This document shows, piece by piece, positions 52,043-63,500 of a stretch of 64,000 nucleotides of DNA (the stretch's first letter is position 1; each line of letters opens with the position of its first letter). The translations under genes were made by a program, and so were the position numbers. Location of the stretch: NCBI GenBank assembly GCA_963827475.1, contig CAWHAZ010000005.1:256001-320000 (forward strand), written 5' to 3'. The notes beneath the pieces are model-generated. The model was not told the DNA's origin. It did no database searches and saw only the letters and a program-made list of their open reading frames with translations. This DNA comes from an uncultured Chloroflexia bacterium (lineage in GTDB: Bacteria > Chloroflexota > Limnocylindria > QHBO01).

Positions 52043-53053
52043 ATGACCACCGATTCCATCTCCACCAACGGCCAGACGCCGGCGGTGGACCTCTCTCACC
52101 CCAAGCTCGCCATCATCGGTTCGGGCCCCGCCGGCCTGACCGCGGCGCTCTACGCGGCCCGCGCGAATCTCGCGCCGCTCGTGTTCGCCGGCAACGCCCC
52201 GTTGGGCCAGCTGATGATCACGTCCGACGTCGAGAACTATCCCGGCTTCCCGGACGGCATCCTCGGGCCGGAGCTCATGGACCTCTTCCGTCGCCAGGCC
52301 GAGCGGTTTGGGGCGCACCTGGTCGAGGAAGACGTGACCAAGGTCGACTTCAGCGAGCGACCGTTCAAGCTGTGGGTCCGCGACCAGCGGTACCTCGCCG
52401 ACGCGGTGATCGTGGCCACCGGGGCCAGTGCCCTGTGGCTGGGCCTCGAGTCCGAGGAGGAGTACCGCGGTCGCGGGGTGAGCGCGTGCGCCACCTGTGA
52501 CGGGTTCTTCTTCCGCGACCGCGAGGTGGCCGTCGTCGGCGGCGGTGACACCGCGCTCGAGGAGGCGCTGTTCCTGACCAAGTTCGCGAACAAGGTGACC
52601 ATCCTCGTCCGGCGCGACGAGTTCCGCGGCTCGAAGATCATGCAGGACCGGGCGTTCGCCCACCCGAAGATCGAGGTCCGCTGGAACCGCGAGGTGGCCG
52701 AGGTCATGGGCGACACGACGGTCAACCAGCTGCGCCTGAAGGACACGGCCAGCGGCGAGGAGGAGATGCTCGACGCCCAGGGCCTGTTCATCGCCATCGG
52801 CTACAAGCCGAACACCGACCTGTTCGTCGGCCAGCTCGACCTCGACGCCCGCGGCTACTGCGAGGTGGCGGGGCGCGGTCCGGGCGAGACGAGCACCAAC
52901 ATCGAGGGCGTGTTCGTGGCCGGTGACGTCCACGACCATCGGTACCGCCAGGCCGTGACCGCCGCCGGCGAAGGCTGCAAGGCCGCGATCGACGCCGAGC
53001 GATGGCTGGAGTCGGTCGGCGAGCACGTCGCCACCACCGCCACCAACTGGTAG
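52043..53053 (+). CDS. trxB: Thioredoxin reductase
   Basis: [37 protein letters not shown]. Confidence 0.97.
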   Translation: MTTDSISTNGQTPAVDLSHPKLAIIGSGPAGLTAALYAARANLAPLVFAGNAPLGQLMITSDVENYPGFPDGILGPELMDLFRRQAERFGAHLVEEDVTKVDFSERPFKLWVRDQRYLADAVIVATGASALWLGLESEEEYRGRGVSACATCDGFFFRDREVAVVGGGDTALEEALFLTKFANKVTILVRRDEFRGSKIMQDRAFAHPKIEVRWNREVAEVMGDTTVNQLRLKDTASGEEEMLDAQGLFIAIGYKPNTDLFVGQLDLDARGYCEVAGRGPGETSTNIEGVFVAGDVHDHRYRQAVTAAGEGCKAAIDAERWLESVGEHVATTATNW

Positions 53054-53102
53054 CGACCCCGGAGAACCGGACAGACCGATGGCGCCTGCCGGCGCCTGAG
53101 CG

Positions 53103-53987
53103 CTAGTCCCCGAGCTGGGCGGCGAGCTCGGGGCTCATGCCCTCCCGGTTGGCATCGGCCAGGTGCTGGAGGGTGGTCCGCCAGCGCGCGTCCGCGGCGA
53201 AGGCGATCGCCAGCTCGCGGCGCGCCTCGGCGATCTCGCCCCGCTTGGCGTGCTCGATCCCCATCCAGAACACCAGCTCCATGGCCTCCGGCGCCCGCCG
53301 GCGGGCCTCGGCGTACGCCTCCGCCTCGCCGAGATCGGTCTGGTCGGGGTCGAACAGGGCGTAGGCCTCGTACAGGTTGACGATGCGCCGGAGCTCGGGC
53401 ACCGGGTCCGGGTGGTCGTCCACCCGCGCGTCCAGGACGCGGCCCTTCCACGCGTTCGGCTGGAGGGCGCCCTCGACGATGACGATCGCGCTGCTCTGGC
53501 GTCCGCGGACGTCGCCACCCTCGGCCTCGGCCGCCTCGAGCGCCCGGAGCAGGCGCTCGCTGAAGGGCAGGTCCTCGGCCAGCGCCGCTTCGTAGGCGCG
53601 GGCCATCGCCGGCCAGCACGTGTCGCGCTCGAGCAGGTTGCCCTGGACCGTGAAGCCGTCACCGACCAGGTGGCCGGCGGCGGGAATCGTCTCCGTCCCG
53701 GTGTACGCGGCCGCCTGGCCCAGCGTGTCCACCACGCCGATCTGGCGGACCTCCGGCGTCGCGTCGCTGGCCAGCAGGGCGGCGACCACCTGCTCCGCGC
53801 CGCGGCCGTTGCGCAGCAGCTCGAGCCCGATCGGCCCGAACGCGATGTCCACCCGGGCCTGGGTGGCGATGGCACCGACGCCCGGCTCGAGCCACGGCAC
53901 GACCGGCCCGACCCCGAGGTAGTGGGACTGGACGGCGACCCCCAACCTCGCGGTGGCGGGGTCGCGGGCGACGATGCTGTAGGTCAT
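53103..53987 (-). CDS. DUF1028 Ntn-hydrolase-like protein with TPR-like tail
   Basis: MTYSIVARD, GAIATQ, QGNLL, GGDVRGRQS, RVDDHPDPVPEL. Confidence 0.88.
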   Translation of the reverse strand: MTYSIVARDPATARLGVAVQSHYLGVGPVVPWLEPGVGAIATQARVDIAFGPIGLELLRNGRGAEQVVAALLASDATPEVRQIGVVDTLGQAAAYTGTETIPAAGHLVGDGFTVQGNLLERDTCWPAMARAYEAALAEDLPFSERLLRALEAAEAEGGDVRGRQSSAIVIVEGALQPNAWKGRVLDARVDDHPDPVPELRRIVNLYEAYALFDPDQTDLGEAEAYAEARRRAPEAMELVFWMGIEHAKRGEIAEARRELAIAFAADARWRTTLQHLADANREGMSPELAAQLGD

Positions 53988-54106
53988 GGGCGGAGCCTAG
54001 CGGGCCGCATGGGCGTGGGCCACGTTCCAGGCGATCGACGGCGCTGCGGGGCGGGTGTAGGCTGCCGGTCAATTCCAGCCACCGCATGAGCCGTAGGAGG
54101 AGTGCC

Positions 54107-54508
54107 ATGCACCTGTTCATCATCACCCCCGCCAACCAGCCCGGCGCGCTCGCGTCGGTCCTGGACGCCGTCGCCCAGCGGGGCGTGAACGTCACCACCA
54201 TCGGCGGCGGGGGATCCGGCGACAGCGGGGTGATCGCCATCCAGGTCAATGACGACGACAGCGCCCGCTCCGCCCTTCAGGGCATCGGCGCCAGCTTCCG
54301 CGAAGCCGACGTCGTCTCGGCCTGGCTCGAGGATCGGCCGGGCACCCTGGCCGATGCCGCCCGGCGCCTGGGCGACGCGGGGGTCAACATCGAGGCGATC
54401 GTCCCGATCGGGATGCAGGGAGGCAAGGTCGGCGTCCTGCTCGGCGTCGACAACGTCGAGGCCGCGAAGAGCGCGCTCGGCGACCTGGTGGGCGCGGCGA
54501 CCGGCTGA
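54107..54508 (+). CDS. Tandem ACT domain protein
   Basis: NQPGALA...GVNV and DRPGTLA...GVNI; AGGAGG SD. Confidence 0.85.
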   Translation: MHLFIITPANQPGALASVLDAVAQRGVNVTTIGGGGSGDSGVIAIQVNDDDSARSALQGIGASFREADVVSAWLEDRPGTLADAARRLGDAGVNIEAIVPIGMQGGKVGVLLGVDNVEAAKSALGDLVGAATG

Positions 54509-54511
54509 CGC

Positions 54512-55271
54512 CTAGCCGGAGGGGCGAGGGCCGAGCGCGGCTCTCGCCACGTCCGGAATGTCGGTGACGAAGCCCCACAGGCCGGCGGCCGCGAGCTGCT
54601 GCATGCGCTCGGGCTCGTTCACCACGTAGCACCCGACCCGCGCCCCAAACGCGACCGCCAGCTCGACGTTGGCCGACGGGTCGGCGCCGAGGTCCGGGTC
54701 GTACGGCATGACCGCCGCGTGCCCGTGCTCCACGACCCAGCGCAGGCCCCGCTCGAAGACGTCGCCCGGGACCAGGAGCAGCCCGGTCGGCAGGTCGGGC
54801 GCGAGCTCGCGGACCCGCTCGATGGCCGCTTCCAGGAAGCTCATGACGGTGACCGCGCCCTGCCTCGCGGACGGCGGATCCGGCGAGCGCGGCCACGACT
54901 CCGTCAGCCGCGGCCGCGGCCTTGATCTCGACCGCCAGGCCGACACCCGCCGGCAGCCACTCCACCACCTCGGGCAGGGTGGGGACGGTCAGGCCCGCGC
55001 CGCGAAACGGGTAGTCACCGTCGGGGCCGGCGAAGGCCCAGCCCGCGTCTGCCGACCGGATGTCGGCCATCGTCGCGGCCGCGACCGAGGTCGTGCGGTC
55101 GGTGGTCCGATCCAGCGTCGGGTCGTGGACGATCGCGAGCTCGCCGTCGGCGGTGAGGTGGACGTCGACCTCGATCGCGTCCGCCCCCGCCTCCGCCGCC
55201 AGCCGAAAGGCTTCGAGCGTGTTCTCCGGGGCCGCCTGCGAGGCGCCCCGGTGCGCCACGACCAGGGTCAT
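54512..55271 (-). CDS. Glycerophosphodiester phosphodiesterase (indel near 54860)
   Basis: [32 protein letters not shown]; other frame MSF...VTD. Confidence 0.9.
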
Positions 55272-56620
55272 GACACCCCGGGCGGCCCGGCGAGCACGGC
55301 CGCGGCTTCCTCGGCCCGCTCGGGCGGCGGCTCGGGCACGCCGCGCACGATCCAGTAGCCGATCACCATCAGGATCAGCAGCGACAGGATCGCGACCTGG
55401 TAGGCCACCGTGCCGAGGGGCTCGAGCAGCAGGAACACGATCACGCCGAAGGCGATCGGTCCGATGACCGCGCTGAACTTTCCGGCCAGCCCGAACAGGC
55501 CGAACATCTCGCCCACCTGGTGGGCCGGGGTGAGCCGAAGGAGCAGGAGCCGATCGGTCACCGCGGTGCCACCGAGACCCGAGCCGAGGATCGCGCCCGC
55601 CAGCAGGAAGACCGCCTTGTCTGGCACCAGACCAATGATGAGCAGACCGAGCACCCAGGACGCAAGCACGACCAGGAGGGTACGTTTCGGCCCCCACCGG
55701 TCGGCCAGGTACCCCCAGCCGAACGAGGCGATGACCGCCACCACGGTCAGGCCGAGCAGGACGTAGAGCGCTTCACCCTCGGTGAAGCCGACGGCATTGA
55801 TGGTGAACAGGCTCATGACCGCGATCGCGGTGTTCACCCCGTCCGAGTAGAAGAATCGGCCGACGATGAAGCGGCGGAGGCCCGGCTGCTCCCCGGCGTG
55901 CTGCCAGGTGATCCCGAGCTGGCGCCAGGAGCCGATGGCGTCCATCACCCGGAACGGCACGGTATCGGTCCGGGGCCGCTCGCGGACGACGAGGAAGATC
56001 GGGATCGCGAACACCGCGAACAGGGACGCGACGAGGAGGAAGCTGGCCGCCGTGATGAGACCCTCGTCATCGGTCGTGAACCGGAGGAGGAGCCCCGACA
56101 CGATGGTCCCCATGTAGCCGAGGCCGACCCCGATTCCCGACAGCCGGCCGCGCTTCTCGGGGAGGGCGACGTCCGGCAGGATCGCGTCGTAGTAGATGAG
56201 CGCGGCCTGGAAGGCAAAGTTCGCGATCGCGAAGGCGAGCAGACCGATCCAGATGTTCACGAAGCCGATGAGCGCGGTGGGGATCACGCAGATGACCGTG
56301 AACACCAACAGGTAGCGCATGCGGCCGCCGGTTCGGTCACTCACCGCGCCGAGCGCCGGTGACACCAGCGCATTGAGCAGGACCGATACGCTGCCGGCCA
56401 CCGTGAAGGCCAGCGTGCCGGTGGCCTCGCCCTGGACCGGGCCGAGCATTTCCTGGAACGCGCGGACCGTCCACGGGCCCATCGCGAAGCTGACGATGGC
56501 GAACGAGAAGATCGTGTTCGCGAAGTCGTACAGCGCCCAGGACAGCCCTTCGACGGCGCTGCCGGACCGGGTCAGGCTCCCGAGGCCACGCCACCAGGTG
56601 GCGGGCGCCAGGGCGGTCAC
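55268..56620 (-). CDS. MFS transporter (UMF1/Atg22-like)
   Basis: [29 protein letters not shown]. Confidence 0.88.
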   Translation of the reverse strand: MTALAPATWWRGLGSLTRSGSAVEGLSWALYDFANTIFSFAIVSFAMGPWTVRAFQEMLGPVQGEATGTLAFTVAGSVSVLLNALVSPALGAVSDRTGGRMRYLLVFTVICVIPTALIGFVNIWIGLLAFAIANFAFQAALIYYDAILPDVALPEKRGRLSGIGVGLGYMGTIVSGLLLRFTTDDEGLITAASFLLVASLFAVFAIPIFLVVRERPRTDTVPFRVMDAIGSWRQLGITWQHAGEQPGLRRFIVGRFFYSDGVNTAIAVMSLFTINAVGFTEGEALYVLLGLTVVAVIASFGWGYLADRWGPKRTLLVVLASWVLGLLIIGLVPDKAVFLLAGAILGSGLGGTAVTDRLLLLRLTPAHQVGEMFGLFGLAGKFSAVIGPIAFGVIVFLLLEPLGTVAYQVAILSLLILMVIGYWIVRGVPEPPPERAEEAAAVLAGPPGVS

Positions 56621-56709
56621 GCCGGGTGGGCTCGGCTCATGGACGGCGATGATAGGCGGGTCAGAAGCCGTTCCGGCGTGCTTCGGCGGCGTCGGCTAGA
56701 GTCACGGCG

Positions 56710-59052
56710 ATGTTCGCCGCCCTCGGTCGCTTCGACTACCGCTTCCGACGCTGGATCCCACCCATCGGCCTGGCCGTCGTCATCGGTCTGACGGTCTGGG
56801 TCAGCCAGGCCGGCGGCGAGCTGTCGCAGGGTGGCTGGCAGATCGAGGGCTCGGAGTCGGCGGCCACCGAACAGCTGCTGGCCGACCGCTTCGGGGAGCA
56901 GGCCACCGCCATCTTCGTCATCCTCCGCGACCCGGATGGGGACGCGGCATCCCCGGCGTTCCAGGACGTCGTGGACGAGGCGGTGGCGCCGCTGGCGGAC
57001 GATCCAGCGGTGGACGAGATCATCACCTACGCCGACAACGGCGACCCCCGATTCCTCTCCTTCGACGGGGCGACCACGTTCGCCCTGGTGCGGCTGAACT
57101 CACCCGACGAGGAGGCGGTCGAGGACTCCAGCCGGCTCGTGAGCCTGGTCGAGCAGCCGGCCACGGTCGAGGAGATGTGGGTCACCGGCGTGCCGGTCGT
57201 GTACGAGGAGTTCAACGCGGTCATCGAGGAGGACCTGCGCCAGGCGGAGCTCATCAGCCTCCCGATCGCTGGGGCGATCCTGCTGGTCGTGTTCGGGACC
57301 CTGGTCGGCGCCGGGCTGCCGCTGCTGATCGCCGGGTTCTCGCTGGCGTCGACCTTCGCGATCATCGGCCTGCTGGCGAACGAGGCCGACATGTCGATCT
57401 TCGTCACCAACCTGGCGACCATGATCGGCCTCGCGCTGGCGATCGACTACTCGCTGTTCCTCGTCAGCCGCTTCCGCGAGGAGCTGCTCCACCACCCGGT
57501 CGACACGGCCGTCGAACGGACGATGGCCACCGTCGGCAAGGCGGTGGCGGTCTCCGGAGTGGCGGTGGCCATCGGGCTGGCCGCGCTGATCGTGTTCGAG
57601 GCCGATGCCCTGCGCTCGATGGGCATCGGTGGCGTGGTCGTGGTGCTCGCCACCATGCTCTTCGGGCTCACCGTCCTGCCGGCCCTGCTCGCGCTGCTCG
57701 GCCATCGTGTCAACCGACTGAAGGTGCCCGTGCCGCGCCGCCTCCGCTTCGTGGAGGTCGACCCGGTCGAGGCCGAGCAACGGCACGGCCACGGCTTCTG
57801 GTCGCGGGTCGCGGCCCGGGTCATGCGCCACCCGTTGCTGATCGGCGCCCCGATCCTCGTCCTGCTCCTCCTCGCCGGCACGCCGTTCCTCCGCATCGAG
57901 CTGTCGACCGGCGGCAACCTCGACGACCTGCCGGACACGCCGGCCAAGGAGGGGTTCACGGTCCTCAGCGACGAGTTCCCCGGGGGAGACACCGACCCGA
58001 TGCTGGCCGCGGTCACCTACGACGGGGTCACCGACCTGGCCGATGGCGGGCTGACCCCCGAACGCCTGGCCGACCTGCAGGCCTACGTCGACGAGGTCGC
58101 CGCGCTCCACGACATCGAGGAGGTCGACAGCGTCCTCGATCCTCCGCCCGGCGTTGCCGCCGACCAGTACCTCGCCTTGCTGTCGATGCCCGAGGCCTGG
58201 CCCGAGGGATTCGACGACTGGGTGGGCCAGACGGTGGCCGGCGACACGACCCGGGTCACGATCTTCTCCGGCCTGCTGCCCGACTCGGAGGCCGGCCGCG
58301 GCCTGGTGGCCGAGGTGCGCGACGCGGAGCAACCGCCGGGGTCGACGGTCGGCGTGACCGGGCTGGCCGCCCGCTCGGCGGACTTCATGGACAGCTTCCG
58401 GGCCAGCGTGCCGGTGGCAGTCGCCATCGTCATCGCGGTCACCGCGGTCGTCCTGTTCCTGACCTTTGGATCGGTCTTCCTGCCGGTCAAGGCGGTGGTC
58501 ATGAGCCTCGTCTCGATCACCGCCAGCTTCGGGGCCCTGGTCTGGGTCTTCCAGGAGGGAAACCTGTCCGGCCTGCTGAACTTCGAGGCCACCGGCTCGC
58601 TCGGGGCGTGGCTGCCGATCCTGATGTTCGCCATCCTGTTCGGGCTGTCGATGGACTACGAGGTCCTGCTCCTGTCCCGCATCCGCGAACGATGGGTGGC
58701 GACCGGCGACAACACCCGCTCGGTGGCGGAGGGGATCGGGATCACCGGCGGCATCATCACCGGCGCCGCGCTGATCATGGTCGTCGTCTTCTCCGCCTTC
58801 GCCATGTCGGAGGTCCTCTTCCTGAAGGCCATCGGCTTCTCGATGGCCCTCGCCGTCCTCATCGACGCCACCATCGTGCGTGGCGTCCTGGTGCCCGCGT
58901 TCATGCGGGTCATGGGCCGGCTGAACTGGTGGGCGCCGGCCTGGGTCCAGCGCGCGGTGGCCAGGCTGGGGCTGTACGAAGGCCCGGCCACCAGACCGCC
59001 GGCCCCGGCGACGACTCCGGCCTCGACCTCCTCCCCGGCCTCGACCCCGTGA
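56710..59052 (+). CDS. MMPL-family RND transporter
   Basis: LAIDYSLFLVSRFREE, FGLSMDYEVLLLSRIRE, IDATIVR..LVPA. Confidence 0.93.
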   Translation: MFAALGRFDYRFRRWIPPIGLAVVIGLTVWVSQAGGELSQGGWQIEGSESAATEQLLADRFGEQATAIFVILRDPDGDAASPAFQDVVDEAVAPLADDPAVDEIITYADNGDPRFLSFDGATTFALVRLNSPDEEAVEDSSRLVSLVEQPATVEEMWVTGVPVVYEEFNAVIEEDLRQAELISLPIAGAILLVVFGTLVGAGLPLLIAGFSLASTFAIIGLLANEADMSIFVTNLATMIGLALAIDYSLFLVSRFREELLHHPVDTAVERTMATVGKAVAVSGVAVAIGLAALIVFEADALRSMGIGGVVVVLATMLFGLTVLPALLALLGHRVNRLKVPVPRRLRFVEVDPVEAEQRHGHGFWSRVAARVMRHPLLIGAPILVLLLLAGTPFLRIELSTGGNLDDLPDTPAKEGFTVLSDEFPGGDTDPMLAAVTYDGVTDLADGGLTPERLADLQAYVDEVAALHDIEEVDSVLDPPPGVAADQYLALLSMPEAWPEGFDDWVGQTVAGDTTRVTIFSGLLPDSEAGRGLVAEVRDAEQPPGSTVGVTGLAARSADFMDSFRASVPVAVAIVIAVTAVVLFLTFGSVFLPVKAVVMSLVSITASFGALVWVFQEGNLSGLLNFEATGSLGAWLPILMFAILFGLSMDYEVLLLSRIRERWVATGDNTRSVAEGIGITGGIITGAALIMVVVFSAFAMSEVLFLKAIGFSMALAVLIDATIVRGVLVPAFMRVMGRLNWWAPAWVQRAVARLGLYEGPATRPPAPATTPASTSSPASTP

Positions 59053-60230
59053 CCGAACGCCTGCCGCTGGCGGGCGTCACCATCCTCGACTGCTCGAGGG
59101 TCTTCGCCGGCCCCCACGCCACCATGCTGCTGGCCGACCTCGGCGCCGAGGTGTGGAAGCTCGAGCCGCCCACCGGCGACGAGACACGGGGCTGGGGCCC
59201 ACCGTTCTGGGGTGACCCGCACGACGGGCTGAGCGCCTATTTCGCGGCCGTCAACCGCAACAAGCGCAGCATCGTGGTCGACCTGAAGACCGATGCCGGG
59301 CGCGAGATCCTGCACCGATTGGCCGCGCGGGCCGACCTGCTCATGCACAACTACCTGCCTTCGGTGGCGGACCGCCTCGGCCTGGCGCCGTCGGTCCTCC
59401 GCGAGCGGCACCCGCGGCTGGTGGTGTCGGTGGTGCGCGGCTTCCCCGGCGACGGGGAGCTCGCCGAGCGCCCGGCCTATGACCTCGTGGCCCAGGCGTG
59501 GAGCGGCCAGATGGCGGTGACCGGCGAGCCCGAGGGCGCGCCGGTGAAGATCGGGGTCGGGCTCCTGGACCTGCTCGCCGGCCTGGAGGCGGCCATCGCG
59601 GGCCTGGCCGGCCTCACCGCCCGCGAGCGGGGCGGGTCCGCGCCGTCGGCATCGGTCAGCCTGGTGGAGGCGGCCGTGGCGGGCCTCGCCAACGTGCTCG
59701 GCTACCACCTGGCCACCGGGGAGGAGCCGCGGCGATGGGGGAGTGGCCACCCGGACATCGTCCCGTACCAGGTCTTCGCCGCTCGCGGCGGGCACGTCGT
59801 CGTCGCGGTCGGCAACGACGGCCAGTTTGCCCGGCTCTGCGCGCTGCTCGGGGTGGAGCCGCGCCCGGAGTGGGGGACCAACCCGGACCGCATCCAGCAC
59901 CGCGACGAGGTGCTGGCGACGCTCACGCCGCGGATCGCGGACTGGCAACGCGACGAGCTGGTGGCGGCGATGGTCGCCAACGACATCCCCGGCGGTCCGG
60001 TCCATACCGTGACGGAGGCGGCCGCCGCCATGCGCTCGGTGGAGCCGAACTGGATCTCGACCGTGGGCGGCGTGCAGCTCCCCGCGTCCCCCATCCGGGT
60101 CGACGGTCAGCGGCTCCCGATCCACCGGCCGCCGCCCCGCCTCGGAGAGCACACCGACGAGATCCTGGCCGAGGTCGGTGTCACCGCCGGGGAGATCCAG
60201 AGGCTCCGCGCGGACGGCGTCATCGCCTAG
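59049..60230 (+). CDS. CaiB/BaiF family III CoA-transferase
   Basis: LAGVTILD, LADLGAEV.KLE, NRNKRS, AYDLVAQ, PPPRLGEHT; GTGA overlap. Confidence 0.92.
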   Translation: MTERLPLAGVTILDCSRVFAGPHATMLLADLGAEVWKLEPPTGDETRGWGPPFWGDPHDGLSAYFAAVNRNKRSIVVDLKTDAGREILHRLAARADLLMHNYLPSVADRLGLAPSVLRERHPRLVVSVVRGFPGDGELAERPAYDLVAQAWSGQMAVTGEPEGAPVKIGVGLLDLLAGLEAAIAGLAGLTARERGGSAPSASVSLVEAAVAGLANVLGYHLATGEEPRRWGSGHPDIVPYQVFAARGGHVVVAVGNDGQFARLCALLGVEPRPEWGTNPDRIQHRDEVLATLTPRIADWQRDELVAAMVANDIPGGPVHTVTEAAAAMRSVEPNWISTVGGVQLPASPIRVDGQRLPIHRPPPRLGEHTDEILAEVGVTAGEIQRLRADGVIA

Positions 60231-60512
60231 CGGCATTCCTCTGCGGCGGCAGCCGAGCCGCGTGCATCGGCGCTGCGCCCGCCGGAAGTACCGGCCCACG
60301 CGTGCCGGTTGGGCCATGGAGGGTCCTGGGCCCCATCTGCTCTGCTATCGTCCAGCACTGGATAACCCATCGATAGGGACGTTTCCGTTCGGCGGACGGA
60401 AACGAATGGGATCCGTGTTCCGCGGGGGACGTCAATAACCGGGGCGGACGAATCGGGTTCCAAGCTCATCGACTCTCACCTCGTAGCGAATAGCTCGCGC
60501 TTCCGACGAGCC

Positions 60513-63500
60513 ATGCTCTGGCTCGCCCCGTTCGCCCTACCCCTGCTTCTCACCTTCGCCGTGCTGGGCAGCGTGGCGCTGCCGCCCACGGTCAAGGCCG
60601 CCACCCGGACGTGGGACGGTGGAGGGCCGACCACCCTGTGGAACGACCCGCTCAACTGGTCGGCCAACACGCTGCCGGTCGCCGGCGACACGGTGATCTT
60701 CGACGGGACGAGCTCGAAGAACGCGGACATCAACGTCGCGGTGACCGTGGCGATCGTGCAGGTGAATGCCGGCTATGGCGGGACGATCACCCAGATGCCC
60801 GGGGTCAACCTGACCGTGACGTCCTCGTACAGCCAGTCAGCCGGGTCGTTCGCCGGCGGGACGACGGCCATCTCGGTTGGATCGTTCACGCTCAATCCCG
60901 GCGCCACCTTCAGCAGCACCGCCGCCACGCTCACCGTGACCGGCGCGTTCACGATGAGCGGCGGATCCTTCGCGCACAACAACGGGACGGTGGCCTTCTC
61001 GACCGGCAACGTCACGATCGACGTTCCGACCAGCATCGCCCTGAACAACGCGTCCTTCCTGTCCGGCACGAAGACGATTGCTGCCGGAGACACCCTGAAC
61101 GTGGCTGGCACGCTCAACCTCGCCGGCGGGGTGGTCAACACCGGGACCCTGGCCGCGATGGGCAACATCGACGTCCAGGCCGGCTTCACCGGCAACAGCA
61201 CCGGCATCCTGCTCGTGAGTGGCAGCGGCGCCCAGACGATGACCGGCAACCACGCGGTGGGCAGCGGGGACCTGCCGGGGGTGGTCATCAACAAGCCGTC
61301 GGGGGCCCTGACCCTGGCCGGCACCCTGCGCACGACCGACAACTGGACCTACACCGCCGCCCCCGGCGGGCTGAACGTGGCCGGCAGCACGGTCTCGTTC
61401 GCCGGCGGCACGATCACCGGCTCCCACACCCTGAACGCGGTCGAGATCCGCGGCGGCACGATCACGATCGCGGCCGGCACCACGGTCACGGTGGGCGCTG
61501 GCCTGAACCTGTTCAGCGGGGTGGTCAACACCGGGACCCTGGCCGCGATGGGCAACATCGACGTCCAGGCCGGCTTCACCGGCAACAGCACCGGCATCCT
61601 GCTCGTGAGTGGCAGCGGCGCCCAGACGATGACCGGCAACCACGCGGTGGGCAGCGGGGACCTGCCAGGGGTGGTCATCAACAAGCCGTCGGGGGCCCTG
61701 ACCCTGGCCGGCACCCTGCGCACGACCGACAACTGGACCTACACCGCCGCCCCCGGCGGGCTGAACGTGGCCGGCAGCACGGTCTCGTTCGCCGGCGGCA
61801 CGATCACCGGCTCCCACACCCTGAACGCGGTCGAGATCCGCGGCGGCACGATCACCATCGCGGCCGGCACCACGGTCACGGTGGGCGCTGGCCTGAACCT
61901 GTTCAGCGGGGTGGTCAACACCGGGACCCTGGCCGCGACGGGCAACATCGACGTCCAGGCCGGCTTCACCGGCAACAGCACCGGCATCCTGCTCGTGAGT
62001 GGCAGCGGCGCCCAGACGATGACCGGCAACCACGCGGTGGGCAGCGGGGACCTGCCAGGGGTGGTCATCAACAAGCCGTCGGGGGCCCTGACCCTGGCCG
62101 GCACCCTGCGCACGACCGACAACTGGACCTACACCGCCGCCCCCGGCGGGCTGAACGTGGCCGGCAGCACGGTCTCGTTCGCCGGCGGCACGATCACCGG
62201 CTCCCACACCCTGAACGCGGTCGAGATCCGCGGCGGCACGATCACGATCGCGGCCGGCACCACGGTCACGGTGGGCGCTGGCCTGAACCTGTTCAGCGGA
62301 ACCATGAACACGGGCACGCTGGCTGCCCAGGGATCGATCGCGGCCCAGGTTGGGTTCACCGGAGGCGGGACCGCGACGCTGCTCATCAACGGCAGTGGCA
62401 ACCAGACCGTCACCGGGTACCACACCGTCCTGGTCGGAGCGCTGCCGGCGGTCGATGTCAACAAGCCGTCCGGCAGCCTGACCCTGGCTGCCCCAGGTCC
62501 CGGCACCGGGATCCTGCGTACCGCCCGCAACTGGACGGTGAGCGCGGTGCCCGGCGGGCTGAACGTGACCGGCTCGACCGTCGTGTTCGCCGGCAACCTC
62601 ACCATCACCGGCTCCCACACCCTCAACACCGTCGAGTTCCGGGGCGGGACGGTGGTGATCGCCGCCGGCACGACCCTGACCGCGGCCGGCACCACGGAGC
62701 TGTTCAGCGGCACGGTCAACCAGGCGGCCGCCACCGGCACGATCGCGGCCCAGGGCGACATCAACGCACGAGTCGGGTTCACCGGCGGCGGGACGGCGAC
62801 CCTGCTGATCAACGGCTCCGCCAACCAGCTGTTCGACGGCGATCACACGGTGACCGTCGGGGCCCTGCCGAATGTCGACGTCAACAAGCCGGCGGGCACG
62901 CTGACCCTGACCGACACGCTGCGCACGGCCCGCAACTGGACGGTGAGCGCGGTCCCCGGCGGGCTGACCGTGACCGGCTCGACCGTCGTGTTCGCCGGCA
63001 ACCTCACCATCACCGGCTCCCACACCCTCAACAACGTCGAGTTCCGAGCCGGCGTGGCGGTGATTGCCGCCGGCACGACCCTGACCGCGGCCGGCACGAC
63101 GACCCTCACCGACGGCGACCTCAATGGCGGCACGCTCGATGCCCTCGGCAACCTTTCGCAGGCGGCCACGTTCGACGGCGAGACCGCCACCATCCGGATC
63201 GCGGGGGTGACCAACCAGACCTTCACCGGCGCCGCCACGTCCACCACGGGCGACCTGCCTGCGATCGTCATCGACAAGCCGTCCGGCACCCTGTTCCTGG
63301 TCGGCACCATCCGGACCACCACCGTCGGCTGGACCTGGCTCCAGGGCGCCGTGGACCCGGGTACCGCGACCGTGGTGTTCAACACGTCTACCGTCACCGG
63401 CGACCACACGCTCCATAACGTGGAGCTGCAGGGTGGGGTCGTGGCCATCGCCGCCGGCGACACCCTGACTGCGGCCGGCACCACGACCCTCACCGATGGC

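Noticed and set aside
20784..55271. Programmed frameshifting or phase variation in panB, panC, tnaA, ctaE, corA, GDPD
   Set aside because: No shared slippery motif or long SSR; scattered indels fit sequencing error
61126..62299. Tandem repeats as CRISPR or ncRNA array
   Set aside because: In-frame 390-bp coding units with no spacers; no cas genes
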